DNA of 64,000 bases from Mytilus trossulus (lineage: Eukaryota), in contig NC_086381.1 of assembly GCF_036588685.1 (NCBI RefSeq), forward strand, positions 1,612,001 through 1,676,000, read 5' to 3'. Under the pieces are notes generated by a model, which saw only the letters and a program-made list of their open reading frames with translations, was not told the DNA's origin and searched no databases. Shown one piece after another: positions 23,711 to 36,851 of the stretch (positions are counted from its first letter, which is position 1; each line of letters starts with the position of its first letter). Both the position numbers and the translations under genes were made by a program.

Positions 23711-26700
23711 ATGGAATGGTATAGGTGCCTTGTTTTAATTTATTCGATACTGTTTTCAATATTTTCAATTTCAAATAGTGCTCCTGGAAGATTGACAAGA
23801 AGTTTAAGTAAGTATGGCATTCAAGATTATAACCATAATGAACTGAAATGTCTGCGTAATTGAAATGTTCTAAATTTTGATTTTGGAAATCGATTAACAT
23901 TCTAAGGGGTCTTCTAAGTGATAATTATTTAGATATTTATATTTTCATTGTTGGAATCAAGGATTTGTTGGAATGATTTTTTTTTTTTAAATCGCTGAGA
24001 CTATAGGATGTCAGATATGCCGTCTTTATCTTTTCTAGGGTCAGCATCTCTTGCTATGCATAAATCACACAAAAAAAAGGTTGATTATCTATCATATTTT
24101 TACTAAATTTATTTATTTTTCGTTATATCTATTTACTTATATATTTTTAATTTCCCTTTTTTTTTTTATTTATTATTACCAAACTTTAAGTGAAGACGGT
24201 GGATTTCCCCCTAGGTTTAAAGAAAGATTCAACAATGAAGACACATCTTTTGAAAAACGGAGAAAATTTGAAACTTAGTCTAATTCAATTTTAAAGCTAG
24301 CAATGATAACACGTAACCCTGATATTATGAAGAAGATTTTAAAAATCCAGACTACAAAAAATGTTTTTTATTATGAATTTGTTTCCCAGTATGTTATTCT
24401 TTTCATTGTTTAAAATCGTGAATAGATATTAATTTGTGAAATTCATGCACCATTTTAAAAAATCAACTGTAATTCATTGTTTTATAACACGTAAAAAAAG
24501 AACATAGAAAAGGAAATTCGTTTTATTTAAAAACACAGATATTACAACTAAAACGTGAGCATTTTTTTTTATTTCGGCAAATTGTACAATTTTTTAAACA
24601 TACATGGCTGGTTAATTATTAAGTCAATGATCTAGTTACCACGTATTATTTTTAAAAACCTTTTCTTAAAGTGTCCATAGACACAAAGATTTGGCTTTAA
24701 AGTTTGGCTGTATACCTGTAGAAAACTTTACGGTGATGTTGTTTACCGAGCCCGGAAATTAAGATACGATCCGGGTAAACTTATTAATTCTTTCATTAAA
24801 CTTATTCCATGAGATTTAAATCAACAATGCTAATCAAATCTTTGAATAGTGTTTTATTGGTATAAATATTGATTTTGTTATCATGAAATTAAAACCATAC
24901 TGATTTTTTTTGTTATACACATATGCACTTTACCGATTCTTCAATCTGTCGATACCTATATTTTGGCACTGTGCATGAAAGATATATTTACTCTGACTGT
25001 CAATGACGTCTTTACACTAAATCCATTGGATGCCAAATGCGTATTATATATATATGGAAGTGTGTATCGACCTTGACTGGCTTTTCAGCCCTCGCACGGT
25101 CGGTAAATGCGTATTGATTAATATTGTAGTTTTATATACATGATTAGTTGTGATTGGTTTTAACTATAGCTGTCAGTAACTGCGAGTACTCTCTGTACTT
25201 TGTGTCTTTGTTGTGAAGGGTGAACAAATAACCTGCAATGCTCAGTCTGTTTTTGTTTGTTTGTTAGTATTAAAAAAGAAGATGTGGTATGATTTCCAAT
25301 GAGACAACTATCCACAAAAGACAAAAATTACACAGACATTAACAACTATAGGTCACCGTACAGCCTTCAACAATTAGCAAAGCTCATACCGCATAGTCAG
25401 CTATAAAAGGCCCCAATAAGACAATTTTGTTCTGCTTTACTAACGAGATAAACTCTTTCCAACTGCAGGAATGTAATAGTTTGTTCTTATGTTGTGCTGT
25501 AACACCCGGCCTGTTCCATGTTATAGGGGAGAGCACTCACAAACATCTGTACACTAAATGTTGATGTGTGTGTCACAATTCAGGATCCTGCAGTTCAGTA
25601 CTGTTAGTTTGTTCAAAACTGTCATATCTTTTTTTCGAAAATGGTAGAAGGTGATAGGGAGTCCGGGGGTTGGAACCCTCCTTTTTTGGACGATCCATGC
25701 ATTTGAATGGGTACATGTAGTTAAAATGTCCCCTTTGTCCTGGGTTAGGAACCCCCTTTTTAAAATGGCTGGATCCGCCCCTGCATAGTATGAATATGTT
25801 CCTATTAATCAGACCATTGTTATGACCTATAGTTGTTAATGTTTGTGTCATTTTGGTCTTTTGTGGATAGTTGTCTCATTGGAAATCATACCAAATCTTT
25901 TTTTTTATATTGGGTGGACATGTTTACTTAAAAGTAATGAAAGTTATAACGAAGGACTACGCCATCATACTTATGCTGTCGGATGTAAGATATCATGCTC
26001 ACTACTTCACAATCATACTTATGCTGTCGGATGTAAGATATCATGCTCACTACTTCACAATCATACTTATGCTGTCGGATGTAAGATATCATGCTCACTA
26101 CTTCACAATCATACTTATGCTGTCGGATGTAAGATATCATACGTATGCTGTCGGATGTAAGATATCATACTTATGCTGTCGGATGTAAGATATCATACGT
26201 ATGCTGTCGGATGTAAGATATCATACGTATGCTGTCGGATGTAAGATATCATACGTATGCTGTCGGATGTAAGATATCATACTTGTGCTGTCGGATGTAA
26301 GATATCACGCTCCCTACTTCACAAACATGATATAACGAAGGACTACGCCATCATACTTATGCTGTCGGATGTAAGATATCATGCTCCCTACTTCACAAAC
26401 ATGATATAACGAAGGACTACGCCATCATACTTATGCTGTCGGATGTAAGATATCATGCTCCCTACTTCACAAACATGATATAACGAAGGACTACGCTATC
26501 ATACTTATGCTGTCGGATGTAAGATATCATGCTCCCTACTTCACAAACATGATATAACGAAGGACTACGCCATCATCCGTATACTGTCAGATGTAAGATA
26601 TCATGCTCCCTACTTCACAAACATGATACCTGTTGACATAACAATTTAAGTAACTTCTGAAACAGAACGAACAAGGCGTTAAATTGATAAATATTCATAC

Positions 26701-29700
26701 CAATATCTCAAGTATCAACACGGTCTTGAGAAAACAACAGTTTTTCATTGTATCGTTTCTTGTTAGTTTTTTTTGCTGAACATATTTTTCGTGTCAAAAT
26801 GACATGTCCTTCCTGGACAACTATTTGTGCTGTAAAAAATGTTAATACAATGATTTTTTTTTGTATTATCACTGCCAAAAGGTATTCTTAGTATGCAAGA
26901 AGTTTAAGCCTGATAAAAATACATATTCAAAATCTCATTCCTTAGTATCTATTTATACATGAAAGAACATTCAAAGCATTCCATACGATGTGGGATGGTT
27001 GATGTCTCTTTATTGTTAAACTCTTAGATTTTTCGGGTGTGTATGGATTCTCCAATTCTTTTTCTGACTTTTATTTTGTAAATTGTCGGTTAGTACACGA
27101 CATTTAAAATAAATCTGATATATAATCAACCGAGGTCATTATATCGGCCCGACTATACAGCACGAGAGCCAATAATACAACCGACATTTCTTAAGCTTTT
27201 TATAAATAAAATTCACCTTTATTCAGTACAATTGAAAGATTGATTCCTTTAATATGACTGCTATGCTCAGTTACAAATATAAGACATCAACTAGTATTTA
27301 GAAAACTTGTCATTACCAATTAAGGTCCATTACTTTCCATGTACAACATGCCATGTCATATCATTAAGGGGAGCGATACCTACAATCTATTCAAAGTGAT
27401 AAATTAAAAATGTATGTCAAATAGATCACATCCAGGACAATATCATAAATTGTTCTATGTTGCCAACTGGTTTCTGTTTGTTATTTTTATCAATGGGTTG
27501 CTCAGTGTTCATGACCTAAATACATAATCGTCACTTTTAGTTCACTATTGGAAATAATTTATTCTTATTTAATTTAATAGAATTATGTTTAGTCATTACA
27601 TTCATTATTTACATCGCCCTGAACCTGCACAACATATTTTCCACTGGATGTAAAGCAACCAACAATCAATTAAATATACACATATGAAAAATGAAAAATC
27701 GCATTCGATGTTGTATGATAATTGACTTCCTTAAACAAATAGTGGTTTCTTTCATTGAAATTATCTCCTTTCCACAATTGTGTTTTCTTTCCCCATGAAA
27801 ATTATTACCTTGGCATACACGTGTCTTTCTATCTTACCATTCGTACATAATTGATGATCGTCATTTTTTTTATTGCAGAATGCCGTTCACTTTTGGACCT
27901 GATCGTCGTGGTTGATGGTTCGGATAGTATCACAGCTAAAGATTTTATTATTCTGAAAAAGTCATTAGCGGATTATCAAGAAGCATTACATTTAGCAGAT
28001 GATCAAGCCAAGTTTGGTCTGGTATTGTACAGTAGTGGTGTATCTGCAACCATTTCATTATCATCTAATAAAGAGCAGTTGAGAAAGGACATCCTTGCTT
28101 TACGCCATCCTAGAGATGGAACCAGAACCGATTTGGGTAATTTAGCTTTTTAAATCTGTTTGAAAAATTAAGGTTATATTGTCTTTTTTGTGCTATAAAC
28201 TTTTGTCAATCGTATAAAACAAATTGTCTCTCATCTCGTGAACAAAGAAATAAATAGTAAAATGCAAAACATATAATAGATATAGGAACATGTGGGATGA
28301 GTGCCAATGCTGAGACAACTCTCCATCCAAGTAACAATTTATAAAAGTAAACCAATATATGTCAAGGTACGGCCTTCAACACGGAGCCTTAGCTCACACC
28401 GAATAGCAAGCTATTAAAGGGCCCCAAAAATTACTTGTGTACAACCATTCATTAGAAAAACCAACGGTTTAATCTATATATATATATATATAAAAACACA
28501 CTTTTATCTTATCATAATAACCGTGTGGGAAAATCACTATCTCCAGTTTGTCAACAACATTACAACAAGTTGAAACATAAATTTCCTAAATTGTTTGTAT
28601 TGCATCTCTTAAATCTTTTTAAACAGGGATACAAGCTATGAGAGAGATGTTTCAGAGTCAAGGCCGTCAAGATGTTCCTAAGGTGGGAATTGTTATCACG
28701 GATGGCATATCGAAAGACCCAGAGAAAACTGCACAACAAGCTATAATTACAAAGACTTCCGGTGTGACAATATTTGCTGTAGGAGTATCGCAATTAATTG
28801 ATAAAATCGAATTAATCTCAATAGCATCTGGTGCCGACAAGGTTTTATCTATAAGTACTTTTGATCAGTTAAAATCTGTTGTTTCAACACTTGTTAAAGA
28901 AGTATGTCCTACAACAACCACATCAACTACAACTACAACAACAACCACAACAACAACGACGACGACAACCCCACCACCGCCGACTACAACAACATCTACC
29001 ACAACCTCAACGACTACTCCAACGACAACTACCACCATGATGACAACAACAGCAGACTGGGGTAAGTTTGACCAATCAGAAGCTTTATATAAAAATAAGA
29101 AGATGACTCGGAGTATGAGTGCCAATACAGAAAGTTATAAAGGGCCTAAAAAATTACTAGTGTAAAACCATTCAAACGGGAATTTAAACTGTTTAAAATC
29201 TTTGAATTGTTCGAAACCTCAGTAAAAGATTATCTTAGCTGTATTTTGCAAAAACTTTCGATACTTTTGTAATTATTAAGGAAAATTAAAAACAGGTAGT
29301 ACCTTATCAAATGGCAAAATCAAAAGCTCAAACTGATGAGTATTTTGTAAACAAAACGCGCGTCAGGCGTGCCAAATTTTAATCCTGATGAGTTTATTGT
29401 ATTTACCACCTTTGTTTTTAATAAGCTCTTTAGCTGAACAGAGAAATCGCTGATTATAATGATAATTGTAGTTGCTTACAACTTCGTCCATTGCTCACTG
29501 ATGAATAGTTGATAGAAAATCATACCACATTTTCCTAGTTTTCTACTCATGATATATTTGTATTACAGACCCATGTGACGGATGTAAAATGAGGAACGGA
29601 GCAGGATTTAACGGCCATCCGTCTGACTGTGGGAAGTTTGTCCAGTGTTATTTTGGAAATGCCGGAATTAAAGCAGCTGTCATCCAGGAATGCCCATGGG

Positions 29701-32700
29701 GAAATTTCTGGAGTCAGGAATCATTAACTTGTCAACCGGCTGGTATGGTCAATTGTCCGAACGGTAGGCACCAGCTTTTAATGAAATTGTTGTACCGCAT
29801 TATACGCATGCGCTTTCTGAGCACAAAAAGGATACATCCATCATTTAATGTTAAATTTTATTCAAGAAATCCATATAGACATGATATGAATGACTCGGAT
29901 TCTGATGACGACGGATCTGATGATTAATATTTCAGATTAGTGAACGAGAAAAAAACACTGGTTATTAGAGGGCATATATAGTAAAGTGTGAACTTCATTC
30001 TACAAATGACAATCCGTGTGTTTCTATTTTGTTATATTTGTTTTGTGGTATTATGTTATTTGGGGTTTAGCGTATATTGATTTAAATATGCATTTTTTTA
30101 TTACGTTTTTCTTTTATTTTAATCACTTTTTGGATGCTTATCTCTGGTACATTTGTTTTTCTTTTTTTTTCTCGTTTTGTTTTCTTCTTCAATTTGTTTT
30201 TTTTGTAATTATTTTGATTGATGTATATTCGATTGTTCTTGGTTTTTTTTATTATTTCAAATAATATCTACCTCAGTTATTTTAGAGTTTCACACTGATG
30301 TAAACCATATTATGTGTATAACAGTTAGAATTTGAAATGTTCAATCAGTTTTCTCTTTACAATTATGAAATTGAAACATTTTTGTACAATATTGACTTTA
30401 CTTCAATAAAATATAATACAGTTGACGCATTTCTTCTTTTGGATCGGAGATATCAATTAGCAAGAATTAAAAAGACGGAATTTGGCACAATTTCCAATGT
30501 ACGTCTAAATTGAACATTTCAAATACACTTTAGTGTTGATTCAATATTCCATATAATGCGCATGAAATGCTTTCGACGGCCATTAGGTAAAAGTTCACTT
30601 CAAATGTCTTTTGTAACAAAAACGAAATACATTTCAAAGTAAACTTTGCCGACTCAACATGAAATATCGAATCAGAACACCCATTTTTAAGAATAAAATA
30701 AAATTTATGAATTCTAATAGTATAAGTCAAAATTATTTCTTGAACGTATCTTGGTAAAGGAAAACTGTCTTTTTAATTCTTGCAGACAGATGTCTCATCG
30801 ATCAAACTCTCTACACATACGAGGCAAGTTCTGGTAACTGTCGCTCCTTTTGGGCATGCGAAGGGAACCAGTCATACCCTATGTGCTGTCCTGTAAATTA
30901 TAGATACAAAAAGGGCATTGGGTGCGTTCCAGATGAAAGTTGCAAGGAACCTTGTCCACCTAGGCAGGCCTCTTTCTTGGCCTCCGATAAAGTCGTAAAA
31001 GAACGTATTCCAGATGCTGACACTATCAATAATAAGCTTGAGAAGATGCCAGTGGTTAAAGCTGTGAAAAATCGTAAGTCAGACAGACATCCTAATATAT
31101 CATATTAAAGTAGGAGAAAAAAATAAGATATACAGAATTTTTAAGTTTAAAGATTTGTCACGTCGGGAAAGACTATAACAATATTGTAATTGATTTCATC
31201 GTCAACTTTGCAATTTTTCATTTACTCTGTAGAATAAATGGTATTTTTTATATTGATATATATATATACATATATCAAATTGAAACATATTCATAAAAAA
31301 TGTCATTTCTTTCTGCTTTAGTTTGCGACAAAAAACCTGTAAAGGATGACCCAGATTTCTTCGAACAATATGTAGAATTTAATGGCTGGGTGAAGATGCC
31401 GTGCGCACCTGGTACTCATTTCAATGCCGAAGATTGTCACTGTACTGTAATGGCGGTCTTTAATACGACTACAGGTAATGGTAATGTTGATTACTGTGTG
31501 AATCTTTATACATATATATCATTGCCAAATCATAGAAGTATACCATTACTTTCATGGCTTAATTAATTTGAAAAATATTTACAAATAGATAACAACCAGG
31601 AAAGACCAAAATGTTGAGCTTCAAAACTCTTTCGAACATGAGGAGATACAGACAATTCCCTAATATCTGGGCTGAAACCAGATAAATGCGGCGATTTACG
31701 TTTCAACAAATCCGGAAAAAAAGTTTACGTTTCCGCAAATAAATATCTTACTTTTCCGGAAAAAATAAATAATTGATTTTCCGCAAATAATTGAGGAATA
31801 CCTGTTGATAGAAAGCAAAGTCATAATAAAAAATAAATATTAAGTAAGTCAAAGGTTATCATAATTAACATGCAAGTAAAATTCATCATTTAAATCTATG
31901 AAAACGTATGTTCAAAAGTCAGCACTTATCAGAAATATCTTGATATGAGTTCATAAGTCAGTTCTGGCAGAATATTTGTAGCCAACATGCCGTACAAAGT
32001 CCACAGTAGTACATTCACCGTTTACAAGTTTTGTATTTTGTTCAAGAAGTAAGTCCATCTTCTCCTTTTCACATTTCCAAACGGGTGCTTATAAAGTAAC
32101 AGTTATCTTCTTATGGAATATGTTGTTTGCAGTTTCAATAACACATCGATAAAAACAAAAACGTTATGATGGCTAGCGTAAAACTGCTCGTTCAAGTAGG
32201 CATGAAAAGACTCGGCAGTATGCATTACACATTCAAAGTAATTATGCACTACCTCGGGCTGGAGAGTTATTCTTCGGGTAGTACATAGACATACCAAGTT
32301 GGTGAAACATGAAAGTATAACGATACCCGAATCAAAATCATTGACTGATTAAAAGTGAAAATAAGTTTGTTAGTGTTTAAATCTATTTGTCTTAATGTCT
32401 CGTGAATTTCTAATCTACATTTAGGTAATTTTGGAAACTGCTTTCGCCTGTCTCTGTATAAGGACATAGCAACATTTTTCAAGTCAATATATATGCACAT
32501 ATTTATAATTTACAAGGTAAATTTCCGGAAAAGTAATAAATACAAATTGCGGAAACGTATACTTTTAATTTGCGGAAACGTAGCATTGGGACTTTGAAAA
32601 ATTAGCGGAAATGCAATACGCCCGATAAATGAACCACCTAAAACTCTAGATTGACTCTTTTATTGTAGGTATAGTTTCCGAACAACAAGTGACACTTTGT

Positions 32701-35700
32701 CTACACCAAACAATGAGTACTAGTATTAATATGAATCCATGATTAGGAAATATATTAAAGCATTTGTTTAATTAATAAGAACACAGCTTGTTATACCTTG
32801 TGTACGTCTGAAGTGTTTTTCTTAACTTACCACCAACAGGAACGTTCAAACCTTTAGATTAGGAAACCACGAGATTTAAGTACGTAGACATGTTAGGAGT
32901 TAACAAAAAGGGGCCTCAATAGAATAGCCAAATCCATTTAAGGTGGTATGGTAGTCTAACATAAAAATGATATAATTCGTTCATATTTTGCCAAAACTAA
33001 GAGAAGATAGCTTTAAAAGAACGCTTTATGAAAAACAAAAGAAAAGATAGGGCCACCGCACGTATTTTCCAGCTGAATTTTAAAATAGGAAAATTCCATG
33101 TAGATTCCTTCAGAAAATGCACTGTTCAGATTTACCTCCCCTGAAAAGGCCAATTTAAAAACATGAAGAGTCAAACAAAAATAATCTATACCTGTAATAG
33201 TAGCAATATTAATAAGTTATATTCTTATAAATTTGTTCTTTTAGATAAAAATTCACAATAGTTATTCGCATTCCTTCATAAAGTTTTGCTAACTTGATCT
33301 GGACCTGAGATTCTCTGGTTTTTTTTACAATCCAAGATGGCGAAAGACACCCATACCACCTTAAAGTAAAGGCGTTGGCAATTGGCACCTTACGTTCTTC
33401 AAATTTCTTAATAAAAAAAAATGATGTGTTAACCAAGTCAGCGTACAGAAGCACTGACTACTGAGATGATAATATCCCGTGGACAGAATACTTTGTGGGC
33501 CAGCTGAAGCACGTCTCTGGGTGTGGGCTCTCCCCGATGTGTTGAAGATCCATTGGTGGACTTCGGCTGTTTTCTGCTCTTTGGTCGGATTGTCGTCCCC
33601 TCTAAGTCTTTGACACATTCCCCATTTCCGTTCTCAATTTTATTTTAATATTTGTATTTTTTTTTAGGAGGATGTAAGTCTAAAGTAAGATTAGATTTCG
33701 GAAAATCATTTGAAGAGGCAAGAAATCCTATTTATGTTGTGAACCAGAATGTCAATGTCTCGAATGGTATTGCTAAGTTTGATGGTAAAAGCTTACTCCG
33801 TGTACCACAGCTATCCAATGTTGATCTTGGTGGAACTGTTGTTCTACGTCTGCGCATTAAAGACACTCGCAGGAAGAAGCTAGACAAAAGATCAACCCGC
33901 CCACAAGCTATTGTTAGTAATGGCGATTGTGGAAACAATGCTTCTCTGTTAGTGGCAAAAGAAGAAGACGCCATTATATTTGGTGCCCAGGCAGATGGGG
34001 GACATTTTACTAGTTTTGAAATTCCTACACCAGTAAGTTCTAAATTTAGTCCTGGTCTCTATGAGTTTATTTCTATCAGTTTAATGGACAACAGAAAAAA
34101 AAAAAAAAAAAAAAACAATGAAGAAGTCAGAACTATTTCAAAATAATAATTATTCTTAATCGAAATTCAACTCGAAAAGTAACGCAAGCTCTAACTCCGA
34201 TCATGACTCTTTCTAATAATTCGAACTTTAACAACGTTAGCTCAAAATTTGTCTTTAATGGCTAGTTGGTCTATATCAATATACATGTAACAACCGGGAA
34301 TCTATGAGATAATTATCTAATTTAAAATTCCGTATTAGAATCTCCTTTTTACTCGCAATTCCGTGAGGGATCCGAAGTAAAGTTTTAGCAGTTTCTGTTT
34401 GTGCTTACTAACGTTATACATTGTAAAACATTATAGTTTCTATTTCTCTATACTGTTACGTATTTGTACAAATTTCTGTTTCTCTCTTTTACTAGGGTGA
34501 CGACTGGAAGGACATTGTTTATAAATACTCTGATGGAAAATTAGAAGGAGAAGTAAATAACGTCAAATATTCAAAGTTCCTTGACGGTTCAGGTAAAGTA
34601 GTCCGGTGTATAATGTATTGTCCGAAAGGAAATGTGTTTAATGTTTTGTCCGAATGGTAATGTGTTTAAAGTATTGTCCGATAGGTAATGTTTTAAATGT
34701 ATTGTCCGTTATAAAACTGTGTTTAATGTATTGTCCGAAAGGAAATGTGCAAGGTTTTGTCCGATAGGTAATGTGTTTAATGTATTGTCCGAAAGTTGTC
34801 ACAGATATTCAATAATTCAACAAATTGGTTTTAAGGTTAAGAGATTAGTTAAACTTCGCCATTAGCGGCATTTGTGTTAAAGAATATGTGTTGAAGATAC
34901 ATTACAAGAAATAAATAGAACTCATTCCTTTTTCGTAAAGTAACAATTGGACCACATTGTCAATACAATCATTTCCCTACAGGTCCAATAGAAAGACGAG
35001 CGTGCGCACTGCAGATTGGTCACGGACAAGAAATGGATGACTTTGAAGGCGAAATGGATGACGTACGTTCTCTAATAATTTCGTTGTTTTCTTTAAAGTA
35101 GAGACTTTGCAACTGTAATTAATAGATACATGTGTACAGATTAATAAGCGAGTCAGACATCTAAAGGGAAATTAATTACGAAAGATAGTCCTGGTACAGT
35201 TCACAAAATATACCATCAACTAAGCAATGACCGAACATCAGATTGTAATCAGTATTATATTTCATTGACGAGCGAGCAAAATTACCATAAACAACCATCC
35301 CAAAGACAGCCACTTGAATATGTACTTGACTTAAAATTGAGGATGGAAACGGTGAATGTGTCAAAGAGACAACAGCCCAAAGATCAACAAACAGCCCAAG
35401 TTCACCCATGGGTTTTTAACACAGCGAGTAAATCCAGCAAGCTTCAGCTGTACCCTGAACACTGACAATGAGTAATAGTTTAGACAGAAAATGAACGTTA
35501 AACTTATATTCATATGATTTGTATAGTACAACTAATCTTTTGTTATACCCATACCAATATAAACTACATAATTTTGATTTGAAGAACAATAGATAACTGA
35601 AAATAAAAGAACACAGAAACCGCTGGCTACGAAAGGTAAAACATTTCGTGCTTTCGGCACGTAAACACAAAATACCAAACGACTTCTTAAAGACACTCGA

Positions 35701-36076
35701 GATATTCCTTGCAATCGATCATAAAATCAAACCACATGAATAAAAGCTGGCCTGAAAATGCTACAGCGGCAATATCGGTATTATCGAATTAAGAGTATAC
35801 AATATTCAAATGCCACAGCAAACTAACCTCAAAAATTAACATTAAGACTTCTAGAGGTCAACATGGCCTTCATCAAGAGCATGTGTTTATACCAACAAAA
35901 AAAATCAAATATGCAATATTTAAGGACTGCCATAATAACTGAACTCTTCAAATAACAAAATCTTAAACAACAGCATAAGCACCAATCTTTTCGATTAATT
36001 AAGTACATCTTTTTGTGTGTTATTGTTTTTTTTGTAGATTGAGATGTTTACGTGTATGCCTGATGACGAACGTTGA
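23711..36076 (+). CDS. Pif/BMSP-like secreted shell-matrix protein: signal peptide, VWA, Thr-rich linker, chitin-binding (peritrophin-A-like) Cys modules, laminin G-like domain; ~668 aa
   Basis: Exons 23711-23807 (MEWYRCLVLIYSILFSIFSISNSA), 27879-28136, 28627-29061, 29569-29763, 30786-31073, 31322-31474, 33668-34032, 34496-34592, 34983-35062, 36038-36076, all GT-AG and phase-consistent (2007 nt). MIDAS DGSDS...T...ITDG; HPSDCGKFVQC...CPWGNFW; MPCAPGTHFN; LQIG...FEGEMDDIEMFTC. Confidence 0.88.
25950..26628. repeat. Compound minisatellite: 28-bp core in 48-, 28- and 74-bp units
   Basis: Core ATCATACTTATGCTGTCGGATGTAAGAT repeated about 14 times with fixed linkers. Confidence 0.9.
31689..32623 (-). 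mobile_element. Internally deleted MULE (Mutator-like) element in a Pif-like intron
   Basis: 8-bp direct repeat GATAAATG at 31681-31688 and 32624-32631; imperfect GGCG-starting TIRs with TTTCCG subrepeats; transposase-like remnants YRDRRKQFPKLPK and AESFHAYLNEQFYASHHNVFVFIDVL. Confidence 0.7.
32942..33360. mobile_element. MITE with TTAA target duplication (Kolobok/piggyBac-type target)
   Basis: TTAA|GGTGGTATGG ... CCATACCACC|TTAA. Confidence 0.7.
34610..34795. repeat. ~28-bp intronic tandem repeat
   Basis: TGTGTTTAATGTATTGTCCGAAAGGAAA-like unit, 6-7 copies starting just after the donor at 34593. Confidence 0.8.
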
Positions 36077-36594
36077 CGGTAGATGGCGCTGTTTTGACGA
36101 AATCCATGCTATATGTTCTGTGCTCTTTATTTTAAAACTCTTCCTGTCTTTCTTGTCTTTTTAATGCGCCTTGATATCTGTTGCATAAGTTTATAAGTAG
36201 TTGTAAAAGACTTTGTAAATACATGTGATACCAATGGGCAAGAGTCTATCTGCGTCTAACTTGATATACAGTTCGATGTCAGCCGATTGAGTAAAAACTG
36301 AAATCACATTTATATATGAAATTATTAATACATCTTTATTTTATCTACACCTTTTTTATCATTTAGTAATCGAATCATCTGATCGTTTAAACTCAATATA
36401 TGTTCTGGTAATGTCGAGATATTATGACAGCTAAGTTACATTCACAGAATACATACTTTTTGTAATTTTTTTTGTTCTACGTTATTTAATAAGCCTCCAA
36501 CCTGTATGACAAGAAAAAATATATATGGAGTATATAATTACCGAATTGTACATCTGCCTTTGAATTTTAGAACAAAAAGATTTAATTAAATTTA

Positions 36595-36851
36595 CAGTCG
36601 ATTGCATTGAATGTGTAGGGAAAGGTAGAATCCGTGGTTAGCTTGCTCGATAGCTGAACCATGAAATTGTTATAAGGTAAAGGTAAACCACCATGAAAGA
36701 GTAGACTTGTACAATATATCTCAGTAAGACTAGACTACTTCGAAAGGAGGGTAGTAAACCTTACCTAATAATGAATGCACGATTCAGCTAACAAGCAATG
36801 CAAGCTAACCAAGGATTCTACCTTTCCCTACACACTCAATGCAATCAGCTG
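36595..36851. mobile_element. MITE with ~55-bp TIRs and TA flanks
   Basis: TA|CAGTCGATTGCATTGAATGTGTAGGGAAAGGTAGAATCC... inverted at ...GGATTCTACCTTTCCCTACACACTCAATGCAATCAGCTG|TA. Confidence 0.75.

Noticed and set aside
25950-26628. 28-bp repeats with intervening sequences resembling a CRISPR array
   Set aside because: Linkers are identical or absent rather than unique spacers; no cas genes; eukaryotic intron
30016-30264. Hydrophobic Phe-rich ORFs (also 4597-4968, 24051-24278)
   Set aside because: T-rich low-complexity intronic or intergenic DNA with non-ATG starts
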